IMG/VR virus record: IMGVR_UViG_3300035390_000014
Span: 128,001-192,000 of that record
DNA length: 64,000 bases
Strand: one strand, 5' to 3'
From: a virus
Lineage: Duplodnaviria > Caudoviricetes
Numbering within the stretch: position 1 is the first letter of the stretch; each line of letters begins with the position of its first letter. Positions 14,975-23,839 of the stretch are shown here, one piece after another. The notes below the pieces were generated by a model that saw nothing but the letters and a program-made list of their open reading frames with translations, searched no databases and was not told the DNA's origin. A program made the position numbers and the translations under genes.

Positions 14975-15048
14975 CACTCTTTTTTAGAACAAATTATAAA
15001 TGGTTATAGGCCCGAATTAAATTTATAATTTGTTTAAGGGAGCGTTAA

Positions 15049-15357
15049 ATGGCTAAAATTGGTAAAAAACGTCTAACTGGAACTAAGTTAAGAGATTACA
15101 ATTTTATTCACTCACAAAAAAGAGCAAGACAAAGATATAATTTAGTTATATCTAGATCTAATTATGAACAGCTCTGTACGGAGATAAAACAAAAAAAATT
15201 TGTATCTCTAACGCGCACCTATAAAAAGAGTTATCAAGAAGTATACAAAGTTAAGTTTAAAAATACAACCTTGTATGTATTATATAAAGAAGATGGTAAT
15301 AGAATAACAACAATGTTACCTTTTCAAAGATTTGAAAGATTAAAAAAAGAAGCATAA
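15049..15357 (+). CDS. Basic hypothetical protein
   Basis: ORF with GGGAG RBS. Confidence 0.55.
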   Translation: MAKIGKKRLTGTKLRDYNFIHSQKRARQRYNLVISRSNYEQLCTEIKQKKFVSLTRTYKKSYQEVYKVKFKNTTLYVLYKEDGNRITTMLPFQRFERLKKEA

Positions 15358-15363
15358 TTAAAT

Positions 15364-15446
15364 GCAGAAGTCGGTCAACGGTAGATCACCTGCCTTCCAA
15401 GCAGGCGCTTTAAGCATTGCGGGTTCGATTCCCGTCTTCTGCTCCA
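15364..15446 (+). tRNA. trnG: tRNA-Gly(TCC) with long variable arm
   Basis: gcagaag/cttctgc, U73, CCA, cctgc-ctTCCaa-gcagg; 13-nt variable region cgctttaagcatt. Confidence 0.88.
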
Positions 15447-15465
15447 AAATAAAGATGAGGTCGAT

Positions 15466-15678
15466 ATGAAATTTGAATTAATTGGTGATGAACTAAGATC
15501 ATTTCAACAATGGAATAGTGAACATAAGAAAGTATGTAAATTAATAAACGGTGAAAATCAGCCTGCTATTGGCGGTCGTCTAACATTTTCATTTACTCCA
15601 ACTGGTTTAGGTCCAGCGATCAGTGTAAAATGCGCTTGTGGTGAGATGCATAATTGCACTAATTATGATTCCTGGTAG
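15466..15678 (+). CDS. Conserved phage small protein
   Basis: AIGGRLTFSFTPTGLG..VKCACG. Confidence 0.6.
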   Translation: MKFELIGDELRSFQQWNSEHKKVCKLINGENQPAIGGRLTFSFTPTGLGPAISVKCACGEMHNCTNYDSW

Positions 15679-15742
15679 TAAACTATATATATTAATATAC
15701 ATAATATAATAAGTATTTGTATATTAATTAAAGGAGATTAAT

Positions 15743-16654
15743 ATGAAAAGACAAGCGTTAGTAGATCAATTCAAAAAGGTTGGATTGGTGCTAAAAATTA
15801 CCAATGGTCCGATTGGTAGAACAACAAATGATGATATCTTTCAAATGGACGTTGGTCGTAAGGTCACTGGAACAAGACGTATTGAATGGTTTGAAATCTG
15901 GCCTGGTCATGATGATAACAAAATTCAAATTCTTGATATTGACAATAAACTTAATCAGGTTCTTCTTTTGGTTCATGAACCTGAAAGAATTTTTGAAACA
16001 GAAGAGAAAAAGCAAACTGGAAAATGGAGAGATACTCCAGAAGAAAGAAAACAATGGTTTGAAAACAATAGAGTTAAATATCGTGAAACTGAAACTCATT
16101 TCTATATCATTGAAAAATCTCCATCTTTTGTTAGGCATTTTCTCATGGGTGTTGATGAACGTCAACTTTTTGTTGCTCAACTCATTAATGGAACAACATC
16201 TATTAATGAGGCAAGAAAACAATTAGGAAGTAGTGTTAAGTTTCATGAAGGTGTTAGAAAAATGTCACCTAAACGTCAAGGTGAATGGTTCTTTCTTAGA
16301 GCAACCAGAAAACAAGAAGACTTGATTGATTTGTTAATTCAAAAAAATAAAGCATGGATTGTTAAAAAAGCCAATATTGGTGCTTATTCAGGTAAGCCAA
16401 GAGGTAATCCACATGTTGCTGATGAATTAGTTGTAATTAATGTTCATCCTGAATCTCTTGAAAGACTTGGTTGGTCTAAAAATAAACGTAAGAGAAATCC
16501 TAGAAGAGGAATTCCTATTAGAACAACCCAGGTTTATGTTCGTGGTGCCATTAGGCATATTGATCATAAAACTATTAAGTATTCTCATTGGTATCAGGTT
16601 GTTCTTAACAACGAAGGTAATACTGAAAGTGCTACTCAAAGCTGGATAGATTAA
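15743..16654 (+). CDS. Hypothetical protein
   Basis: 303-aa ORF after regulatory repeat and AAAGGAG. Confidence 0.75.
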   Translation: MKRQALVDQFKKVGLVLKITNGPIGRTTNDDIFQMDVGRKVTGTRRIEWFEIWPGHDDNKIQILDIDNKLNQVLLLVHEPERIFETEEKKQTGKWRDTPEERKQWFENNRVKYRETETHFYIIEKSPSFVRHFLMGVDERQLFVAQLINGTTSINEARKQLGSSVKFHEGVRKMSPKRQGEWFFLRATRKQEDLIDLLIQKNKAWIVKKANIGAYSGKPRGNPHVADELVVINVHPESLERLGWSKNKRKRNPRRGIPIRTTQVYVRGAIRHIDHKTIKYSHWYQVVLNNEGNTESATQSWID

Positions 16655-16662
16655 ATTAAATA

Positions 16663-16737
16663 GGTGGTATGGTCCGAGAGGCTAGGCACTGGATTGCAAA
16701 TCCAGATACGTGGGTTCGACTCCCTCTACCACCTCCA
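16663..16737 (+). tRNA. trnC: tRNA-Cys(GCA)
   Basis: ggtggta/taccacc, U73, CCA, loop TTGCAAA. Confidence 0.92.
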
Positions 16738-16749
16738 ATTAAAAGGTGA

Positions 16750-17349
16750 ATGATGAAATCTCAAGTAATGGAATCGTTGGATTTAAAGATTACTGGACAT
16801 TTGAATTTATTTAAACTAACGTATGAGAATAAGAATGGGGATATAAAACCTTGGTTATTGGCATCCAGAAAAAGTGTGCCTAAAGTAATGTCAAGAGATT
16901 TTTCTCCGGATGCAGTTGTTATAATGGCTATGGTGAAAGAAACGCTTGAGTATGTTATTCTTAGAGAGTATCGACCAAGTGTTGATGGGGTAATGATTGA
17001 ATTTCCAGCCGGGAAAATTGATCCTGGTGAATCAATTGAGGATGCTGTTAGAAGAGAATTAAAAGAAGAAACAGGGTTTGACTTAGTAGGAATAACACAT
17101 CAAAGTCCGCCCTTATATTCATCCTCAGGAATGACAGATGAATCAATAGTGTTTGTTAAATGTATGTGTGAAGGCGAACTCTCAATAGACGGTCTTGAGG
17201 AATCAGAAGAGATTCAACCTTTTACATGTAGTCCTCTTTATCTTCAAGAACTCCTACATGAAGAAAATGTTTTCTATGATGTTAGGTTGTGGATGGCACT
17301 TAATACTATTGATATACCAAGGAACATTACAGGGGTTAGAAATAGATAA
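16750..17349 (+). CDS. Nudix hydrolase (ADP-ribose pyrophosphatase-like)
   Basis: Nudix box GKIDPGESIEDAVRRELKEETG; EFPAG, SSGMTDE. Confidence 0.9.
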   Translation: MMKSQVMESLDLKITGHLNLFKLTYENKNGDIKPWLLASRKSVPKVMSRDFSPDAVVIMAMVKETLEYVILREYRPSVDGVMIEFPAGKIDPGESIEDAVRRELKEETGFDLVGITHQSPPLYSSSGMTDESIVFVKCMCEGELSIDGLEESEEIQPFTCSPLYLQELLHEENVFYDVRLWMALNTIDIPRNITGVRNR

Positions 17350-17526
17350 AAAAGAATAAAAAAGGGTTGCTCATTTAGGACTCTTTTTTTTTTGTATAAA
17401 TTTTGTGAGATAGAAACATAAACATATAGAACATATTATAAATGATAGAGTCGACTATAAAATAAATAAATTACCATATCTGAGTTGGTCGCAGATTCAA
17501 GGTATTAAATTAAGGAAATAAGTAAC

Positions 17527-17727
17527 ATGGCACAAGGAACAGTAAAATGGTTTAACGACGAAAAGGGTTTTGGATTCATTGAAAGAGATGGAGCTCCAGA
17601 TGTATTTGTACATTATTCAGAAATTCAGAGTAATGGTTTTAAAAAATTAGAAGAAGGCGATAAGGTCTCTTTTGATGTAGAAGAAGGTACAAAAGGTCCA
17701 CAGGCTAAGAATGTAATCAAATCTTAA
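17527..17727 (+). CDS. cspA: Cold-shock protein
   Basis: GTVKWFN.EKGFGFI (RNP1), VFVHYS (RNP2), KGPQAKNV. Confidence 0.97.
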   Translation: MAQGTVKWFNDEKGFGFIERDGAPDVFVHYSEIQSNGFKKLEEGDKVSFDVEEGTKGPQAKNVIKS

Positions 17728-17736
17728 AGGTGAATC

Positions 17737-17982
17737 ATGGGTGATTGGAGTGTTCCAATATCAATAATAGCGTTATATATTGCTATGTTTATATTTGCAA
17801 TATTGTGGTTTGAAGAAATTTTAAAAATTAAATTTTATTGTCAACTTTATTTAACAATAACTTGTACTGCAATACTTTGGTGTTTTTATTTAGGAAGCAA
17901 AAGTTATACAATAATTTATTCTTCAAATAAAGATGAAGCAGGTGTTAAACGATTTATAGAATTTCCAATCATCTGGATGTAA
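17737..17982 (+). CDS. Membrane protein
   Basis: Two hydrophobic segments. Confidence 0.5.
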   Translation: MGDWSVPISIIALYIAMFIFAILWFEEILKIKFYCQLYLTITCTAILWCFYLGSKSYTIIYSSNKDEAGVKRFIEFPIIWM

Positions 17983-17994
17983 TATGTAATATAC

Positions 17995-18086
17995 AACCAC
18001 GTTGAGGGATGAAAGATTCCCAAAGTTGAAATCCTTAGGGAGACGAGATATCAATGAACCCTTTGAAGTAAGTAAACTACGTGGTT
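17995..18086 (+). ncRNA. Candidate structured RNA
   Basis: 8-bp closing stem aaccacgt/acgtggtt, hairpins ggga/tccc and caaag/ctttg. Confidence 0.4.
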
Positions 18087-18152
18087 TACACATTAGAAAT
18101 TTTCTTTGACATATAGAACATATTATAAATGATGAATTTATATAGGTGATAT

Positions 18153-18650
18153 ATGTATGAATGTTATAAATGTGGAAGAGAATTTAGTAAAGCTGAGGGG
18201 TTATCCAAACATGTAAAATCATGTGTTGGTAAAAGGTATTGTAAACAGTGTGGCATAGAAACAAAAAATCCAAAATTTTGCTCATCTAGTTGCGCTGAAA
18301 CTTATAACAATACTCAGTATTTATTAGAAACAAAAAAAGAAGAGGCAGTATCTTATGAACTATCTGCTAAACCTTATTTTGAATTATCAATACATGACAG
18401 AAAAGAAATTTTATGGCTTGAACAAAAGCACAAATGTTTGACTTGTGAATTTGATTTGTATGATCCTATAAATGTACCATATGAAATATATCATGTAGAT
18501 GGTAATGATACTAATAAACAAAGATCTAATGAACAATTGTTATGTTGCAATTGTTATAATATGAAACCAAATTATAGATTCAAAGGTATAAAGCATACTA
18601 AAGAATCTAAAAAAATAAAGAAAAAGATGTTAACAATTATGCCCCTATAG
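18153..18650 (+). CDS. Zn-finger / degenerate HNH protein
   Basis: CYKC..H...C, CKQC...FCSSSC, CLTC...HVDGN..N...N..LLCCNC. Confidence 0.7.
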   Translation: MYECYKCGREFSKAEGLSKHVKSCVGKRYCKQCGIETKNPKFCSSSCAETYNNTQYLLETKKEEAVSYELSAKPYFELSIHDRKEILWLEQKHKCLTCEFDLYDPINVPYEIYHVDGNDTNKQRSNEQLLCCNCYNMKPNYRFKGIKHTKESKKIKKKMLTIMPL

Positions 18651-18715
18651 CTCAGCGAAAAGAGCATGAGGTTTCTACCCTCTGTGCGCAGGTTTGATTC
18701 CTGCTAGGGGTTCCA
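18641..18715 (+). tRNA. trnR: tRNA-Arg(TCT), overlapping the last codons of the upstream ORF
   Basis: gccccta/taggggt, loop TTTCTAC, T arm gcagg-tttgatt-cctgc, CCA. Confidence 0.85.
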
Positions 18716-18732
18716 TTTTTAAAAGGTAGATT

Positions 18733-18936
18733 ATGAATAAGATAACAGTTTTATATTGGATAGGATATAATTATTCAGATATAAATATAGACCATGAACA
18801 ATCATATGACTATTCAGAAAAAACAAAAAATGAACTTATCAATCTATTTTTAGGTCACGGTCATCATGTAATGTTACAACAACGAGATGAAACATTATTA
18901 ATATCAATAGATGATCGTCAATTTAAACAAAGATAA
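18733..18936 (+). CDS. Hypothetical protein
   Basis: ORF with RBS. Confidence 0.5.
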   Translation: MNKITVLYWIGYNYSDINIDHEQSYDYSEKTKNELINLFLGHGHHVMLQQRDETLLISIDDRQFKQR

Positions 18937-19075
18937 AAGGAGGTCAACATGAAAAAAATGTATTGGAAAGGTAACTGGGCATAGGTAAATAGACCACCCT
19001 AATACAAAGTATAATTTATATTAACGACTAAAATCTAGTTAAAACAAATTATATTTATTATTAGGAGAACTACAA

Positions 19076-19405
19076 ATGACTTTCAAAGAATTAAAAAACA
19101 GTATCAAAAAACAATTAAAAGAAACAGCTAACACTATTCGTATTTTAAAAGCAGCAAGAAAACCTCATGTCTATAATAGCAACCCTGCATTATATGATAA
19201 GTTAGGTGATCTAGATTCACTCAGGTATAGTATAAGACATAAACACATTGCTTATTGCATGTTTTTCAATGGAACTGAATATGGTGATATTGAAAGAAAA
19301 TGTAATGAGAGTCCATACATTGGTAGAATTGATCAGTATAAAAAAGAATGGTCTTATATTGTGGAGGCGAATCAAGATGCAAAAACTGTACGTGATAGTG
19401 CGTAA
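19076..19405 (+). CDS. Hypothetical protein, often paired with PTH2-like genes
   Basis: AGGAG RBS; RHKHIAYCM..G..Y..IE. Confidence 0.6.
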   Translation: MTFKELKNSIKKQLKETANTIRILKAARKPHVYNSNPALYDKLGDLDSLRYSIRHKHIAYCMFFNGTEYGDIERKCNESPYIGRIDQYKKEWSYIVEANQDAKTVRDSA

Positions 19406-19667
19406 GGATCTAAGTCCTTCACAAATAGCTGTTCAAGCAGGTCACGCAGTAGCAGAATATTTAGTTAATGATTCAAAGACTTGGAAAAATGAGATCCTAA
19501 TTTATTTGGGAGTTCCTGGTCTTAGACAGTTACATAGATGGATGATGAAACTTGATAATCAAGATGTTAAATATACTGCATGGCGAGAACCTGATATTAA
19601 TAATGAAGTGACAGCAATAGCAAGCACTGGTTCAAGTGAATTTTTTAAAACATTGAACCTATTATAA
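19377..19667 (+). CDS. Peptidyl-tRNA hydrolase type 2-like protein (start moved from 19248)
   Basis: KLYVIVRKDL...AVQAGHAVAE, EPD...VTAIA; GGAGG before ATG 19377. Confidence 0.75.
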   Translation: MQKLYVIVRKDLSPSQIAVQAGHAVAEYLVNDSKTWKNEILIYLGVPGLRQLHRWMMKLDNQDVKYTAWREPDINNEVTAIASTGSSEFFKTLNLL

Positions 19668-19743
19668 GCCGGTGTAGCTTATTGGGAGAGCCGAGAACTC
19701 TAAATTCTTGATTGAGTAAGTTCGATCCTTACCATCGGCACCA
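19668..19743 (+). tRNA. Amber suppressor tRNA, anticodon CTA
   Basis: gccggtg/catcggc, A73, CCA, D arm gctt/gagc, gagaa-ctCTAaa-ttctt (anticodon 19700-19702), T arm gtaag-ttcgatc-cttac. Confidence 0.88.
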
Positions 19744-19771
19744 AAATAATAATCATCCTGGGGATTAAAAT

Positions 19772-20407
19772 ATGTATTATACACTTTATAAAACTACCAA
19801 TATATTAAATGGGAAATTTTATATTGGGTGTCATAAAACAAATGATCTCCATGATGATTATATTGGTTCAGGCAAATATTTAACTAATTCTATTAATAAA
19901 TATGGTATAGAAAATTTTATCAAAGAAATAATGCAATTATTTTTTTCATCTGAACAAATGTATGAGATGGAAAGTTTATTAGTTGATGAAAAATTTGTTG
20001 AAAGAAAAGATACTTATAATTTAAAAGTTGGTGGTGAAGGCGGTTTTGATTATATTAATGAAAATGGATTAAAATGTAAAACTCCTTTTATGTCTGATGC
20101 ATTTATTAATGCTAGAGAAAAAGTAATATTAAAAAGAAAAACCGATCTTGAATATGCTAAACAACATTATAAAAAAACAAGAGAAGGTTTAAAAAAATAT
20201 TATAAAACTAATTATAATGCATTTAAAAATCAACAACATACTGAAGAAACAAAAAAGAAAATAGGTTTAAACACCTCTTTTCATCAAAAGGGTAAAAAAA
20301 ATTCTCAGTATGGGACAATGTGGATAACCGATGGTATTAATAATAAAAAAATAAAAAAAGTTTCTATGATTCCAGAAGGTTGGAATAAAGGTAGAAAATT
20401 GAAATAA
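19772..20407 (+). CDS. GIY-YIG homing endonuclease, paralog of 2999-3649
   Basis: YTLYKTTN..NGKFYIG, shared DNA blocks such as aaaagatacttataatttaaaagttggtgg. Confidence 0.88.
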   Translation: MYYTLYKTTNILNGKFYIGCHKTNDLHDDYIGSGKYLTNSINKYGIENFIKEIMQLFFSSEQMYEMESLLVDEKFVERKDTYNLKVGGEGGFDYINENGLKCKTPFMSDAFINAREKVILKRKTDLEYAKQHYKKTREGLKKYYKTNYNAFKNQQHTEETKKKIGLNTSFHQKGKKNSQYGTMWITDGINNKKIKKVSMIPEGWNKGRKLK

Positions 20408-20486
20408 GTCCCTGTATACCCTCTGATTACGAACCAGATGAAAGGTTAACGGACACATGGAGGTTCGAATCCTCTCAGGGATACCA
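20408..20486 (+). tRNA. Atypical tRNA-Arg(ACG)-like gene lacking a canonical D arm
   Basis: gtccctg/cagggat + ACCA, T arm ggagg-ttcgaat-cctct, tctga-ttACGaa-ccaga only 7 nt after the acceptor strand, 20-nt segment 3' of the anticodon arm. Confidence 0.7.
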
Positions 20487-20608
20487 AAAGTAAGCACCGG
20501 AGTTATCGGTGAAAAGATTGCTGGTGGAAGTCAACATGTTCATGCGATGGGGTTTAATTGGAGGGTATCTACGAATGCCCTCCAATTATTCCGTTGGAAA
20601 ATTTATAC

Positions 20609-20652
20609 AAAAAAAAGAGACTTACCACATATGTAATGTGTGCTCTTTTTTT
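20609..20652. terminator. Bidirectional terminator at +/- convergence
   Basis: A-tract, gag...ctc-bounded hairpin, T-tract. Confidence 0.55.
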
Positions 20653-20655
20653 GTA

Positions 20656-20850
20656 TTAATTTAATTTATATTTTAATTCTTTAACTTTTCTATTAAATTC
20701 ATCAACTTTACTTTCATATTTTTTTCTGGCTTCTTTCATTCTATGATCTGATGATGTTGTGAGACCTAAAAATATAGCTGTATTTAAATTAAGTTTAATT
20801 AAATCCAATTCAATTTGCATCTCATTAATTTTTTCAATAATATTTGACAT
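20656..20850 (-). CDS. Coiled-coil hypothetical protein
   Basis: ORF track; minus-strand islet. Confidence 0.55.
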   Translation of the reverse strand: MSNIIEKINEMQIELDLIKLNLNTAIFLGLTTSSDHRMKEARKKYESKVDEFNRKVKELKYKLN

Positions 20851-20950
20851 AATGACTTATTTTTCCTTCTTTTCAGATTTCTTTTCTTCATCTTCATCAA
20901 TTTTCTTCAAAAACCAATAACAATTAACAAATAAATTTTTAGATATTTGT

Positions 20951-21217
20951 TCATCTGTTATGTCTTCCGCCATTATTATTCTCCTTTAAATTCAAAGGTT
21001 GTAACAAAGATAATGTCTTAGCGGATATATAAACATTGATATAACCCATTACCTTTGTCACACCCTTATTAAGATTGCTAAGATGAACCTTAGTAAGAGT
21101 GTGACCGACATTAGTTTTCCTTCCCCAATGCCTTCGGAAGTTTAAAAATTTTATTTTTTCTTTGCGAGATATATCAATCCCCAAAGAACCAGCCCGACCA
21201 TAACTATGTATGGCCAA
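20951..21217 (-). CDS. Hypothetical protein
   Basis: ORF track. Confidence 0.5.
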   Translation of the reverse strand: MAIHSYGRAGSLGIDISRKEKIKFLNFRRHWGRKTNVGHTLTKVHLSNLNKGVTKVMGYINVYISAKTLSLLQPLNLKENNNGGRHNR

Positions 21218-21253
21218 TAATTACAGAAAAATAACATATTTTTTCTCCATAAA

Positions 21254-21499
21254 TTAATAATTAATAGTATAAGTATAACCAAATTCATTATACTTAGATA
21301 CATCCACATCCTTTATTGCTCCAGCCTTTTTTAGAACTATTATAGCTCTAAAAATATGCATAACAGGAACATTAGGAAGTAACTCAGTCACATCTTGATC
21401 CCGAAAGAAAAATGGGAACCCATTCCAATTATAATCTGTTTTAGAATGACGATCTTGAAGAGTTCTAACTGCTGCCAGGACTTGAATAAATAAATTCAT
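21254..21499 (-). CDS. Hypothetical protein, possibly winged-helix
   Basis: AGGAG RBS; downstream of motif at 21569. Confidence 0.55.
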   Translation of the reverse strand: MNLFIQVLAAVRTLQDRHSKTDYNWNGFPFFFRDQDVTELLPNVPVMHIFRAIIVLKKAGAIKDVDVSKYNEFGYTYTINY

Positions 21500-21661
21500 G
21501 TTATTCTCCTATAAAAAATTATATATACCGGAATATCTGAGTGATAATCCTTATATGCTATTACTCAATAATATATATAGTAAATCCATCTAAATGGGAT
21601 CCCTAAATAAGAAACTATTTTCAACAAAAGGAACATATTATAAATTAAAGGAGAATGATTT

Positions 21662-22132
21662 ATGAGCGAAACAATTATTGTAGCACCACATTCAGACGAC
21701 GAAATTATTGGATGTTTTCAAATTTTGGACAACCCAGATATAAAACCTATTATTATTTACACAGAAGATATGGACAAAGAAAGACAAAATGAATGTAGAG
21801 GAATAAGAGAACATTTCTCAATTAAAGGTCAAATGTTTCTCCATAGTATCCCACCTCAATTTTTAAATACATTAAATACATTTTATTTTCCAGGTCCTGA
21901 TGAAATTCACCCAGCTCATAGAACTCAAGCAGCTATAGGTGAAGCGTTGGCAAGACAAGGGTTGAATGTTATTTTTTATTCTACAAATATGAATGTTCCT
22001 TTTATTGAGGAAGAAACATTTCCAGATAGAAAAAAAGAAATGTTAGATAAAATTTATCCTAGTCAATCTGATTTATGGAAGTATGACCATAAGTACTTTT
22101 TGTTTCGTGGATTTATGAAATGGATCTTCTAA
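21662..22132 (+). CDS. PIG-L/LmbE-family deacetylase
   Basis: IIVAPHSDDEIIG and HPAHR zinc motifs. Confidence 0.85.
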   Translation: MSETIIVAPHSDDEIIGCFQILDNPDIKPIIIYTEDMDKERQNECRGIREHFSIKGQMFLHSIPPQFLNTLNTFYFPGPDEIHPAHRTQAAIGEALARQGLNVIFYSTNMNVPFIEEETFPDRKKEMLDKIYPSQSDLWKYDHKYFLFRGFMKWIF

Positions 22133-22362
22133 GTAATATAGTTGGTTGTATATCATTAATAACAACTGTCATTGGAATGTATTATGTTTCTAAAAAAATA
22201 AAAACTGGTTTTATATATTATAGTATAAGTTTAATTGCTCAATTGATTTTATTTATACTAATATCTAATTGGTTTTTAGTTTTACAAATGGTAGTATTAT
22301 TATCATCTAATGTATATATTTATTGGAAATGGAGAAAAGACGATGTCATTAGTAATAATTGA
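22120..22362 (+). CDS. Small PnuC-like multi-TM protein
   Basis: Three TM helices, ..NVYIYWKW end. Confidence 0.45.
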   Translation: MDLLSNIVGCISLITTVIGMYYVSKKIKTGFIYYSISLIAQLILFILISNWFLVLQMVVLLSSNVYIYWKWRKDDVISNN

Positions 22363-22636
22363 AGATGATATATTAGAGAAATGTATTGATAAATGGGGTG
22401 CTAATTTTCAGGTTGAATTAGCAGTAGAAGAGATTGGTGAATTAATTGAACAATTAGGTTCAACTCTTAAATCAATTAATCAATATAAAAGAGATAGAAT
22501 TGGGTTAGAAAGATTAATGGAAGAATTTGCTGATGTATTTTTAATGATGCAGCAAATGAGAGCAATTGATCAAAAATTATTTGATGATATTTCTGAATAT
22601 AAAGTGGAGAGATTAAAGGAGAGATTAGAAAAATGA
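22343..22636 (+). CDS. MazG-like nucleotide pyrophosphohydrolase (start moved from 22310)
   Basis: Q...AVEEIGELI and EEFADV acidic motifs. Confidence 0.75.
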   Translation: MSLVIIEDDILEKCIDKWGANFQVELAVEEIGELIEQLGSTLKSINQYKRDRIGLERLMEEFADVFLMMQQMRAIDQKLFDDISEYKVERLKERLEK

Positions 22637-22860
22637 AAGATCTTAGTTTTGTATTGAGTATTGGTAGTAGTGAAGATGGGGAAATAGCAAGTAGACAATT
22701 AACTGTTGAATGGAATAAAGAATTAGAAACTAATATGAAAGTATATCATAATTTAGATCTTAAAAATTCTATTAGTGGGATACTTTTAGATCAAATAAAA
22801 GAATCAATTACTTTAGAATTAATAGAAGAATTAATAGATGATGCCTTAGAGGTGAATTAA
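22633..22860 (+). CDS. Hypothetical protein
   Basis: ATGA overlap with upstream gene. Confidence 0.55.
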   Translation: MKDLSFVLSIGSSEDGEIASRQLTVEWNKELETNMKVYHNLDLKNSISGILLDQIKESITLELIEELIDDALEVN

Positions 22861-23835
22861 ATGAGTAGATTAATTTATGTTCCTCAATATCCAGCTAACA
22901 TGCGCTATCAGGAATGGTGGCTTTCTGAGTTCACTAAAGAGTTTGAAAAAGAATATGATGAAGTAGAAATTCTTGGACTAAATTGGTTGGTACAAAATAT
23001 GGATTATGTTAGTAGTGAATATGATACAGCCATGTTTTCTCCAATTAATAAAGCTGCTAGATTTGAAACATCACAAATGGATGACTATATGGCTCTTGAT
23101 ATACGTGATGATGATACCCTATTTCTCTCTGACATAAGCTTTCCTGGGTTGTTTTGTAATGTCCTATACCATAAGACGTGTCCAAAAATGTACGCGTTCT
23201 GCCACGCCACATCGCTTAATAAGTATGATTATTTTGCACCTATGCGTAAACATAAAAAGAAAATTGAATTAAATCACGCTCAGTTATTTGATGGTATTTT
23301 CTTTGGAAGTTATTATAGTATAAATAAAACTAAATGGTCTGAAAAAGGTATTAAGTGTCATAGAGTAACACTACCAGCGCCTCCAGAAGATTTAATTAAA
23401 CCAGTCCATGTCAGTGATTATAGAGATATTGATATTGTTTCTGTTTGTAGACCTTCTATTCAAAAGGTAAATAAAAAACTTGAGAAAAAAGTTGAACAAG
23501 CTTTAGGTATTAAAATACATAGAGAAGAAGTTAATACTTGGGAACAGTATAATATTTTACTAGCCAGATCAAAAGTATTACTAATTTCGACAAAAGAAGA
23601 CACTTTTAACTACACGATCATGGATGCTATTAGATGTGGTTGTATTCCGTTGGTTCCTAATACATTATGTTTCCCTGAAATTGTTCCATTGTATTGGCGA
23701 TATAGTCATGCAGGAAATTTAATTTTAAAATTGCAACATATATTTAATGATAAAACATTTATTTTACCAGAAATGATTTGTCAAGATGAAGTTGATAATT
23801 TTTTTAAAAATATAATTAAAATAATGAAGAGGTAA
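22861..23835 (+). CDS. GT-B glycosyltransferase, candidate DNA-modifying enzyme
   Basis: LARSKVLLISTKEDTFNYTIMDAIRCGCIPLVP GT4-like motif. Confidence 0.75.
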   Translation: MSRLIYVPQYPANMRYQEWWLSEFTKEFEKEYDEVEILGLNWLVQNMDYVSSEYDTAMFSPINKAARFETSQMDDYMALDIRDDDTLFLSDISFPGLFCNVLYHKTCPKMYAFCHATSLNKYDYFAPMRKHKKKIELNHAQLFDGIFFGSYYSINKTKWSEKGIKCHRVTLPAPPEDLIKPVHVSDYRDIDIVSVCRPSIQKVNKKLEKKVEQALGIKIHREEVNTWEQYNILLARSKVLLISTKEDTFNYTIMDAIRCGCIPLVPNTLCFPEIVPLYWRYSHAGNLILKLQHIFNDKTFILPEMICQDEVDNFFKNIIKIMKR

Positions 23836-23839
23836 ACAT

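Noticed and set aside
15791-16649. Overlapping alternative ORFs inside 15743-16654, and similar short antisense or off-frame ORFs within polB, helicase, portal, capsid, pncB and kinase genes
   Set aside because: No RBS, no recognisable motifs, fully nested in well-supported genes
19668-19743. tRNA-Pyl
   Set aside because: A73, two-nucleotide acceptor-D linker, GG in the D loop, canonical TTCGA loop and no pyl genes in the window
20491-20600. Hairpin cluster after the atypical tRNA-Arg
   Set aside because: Two isolated hairpins (caccg/cggtg, taattggaggg/ccctccaatta) next to a terminator; no higher-order structure or motif supported
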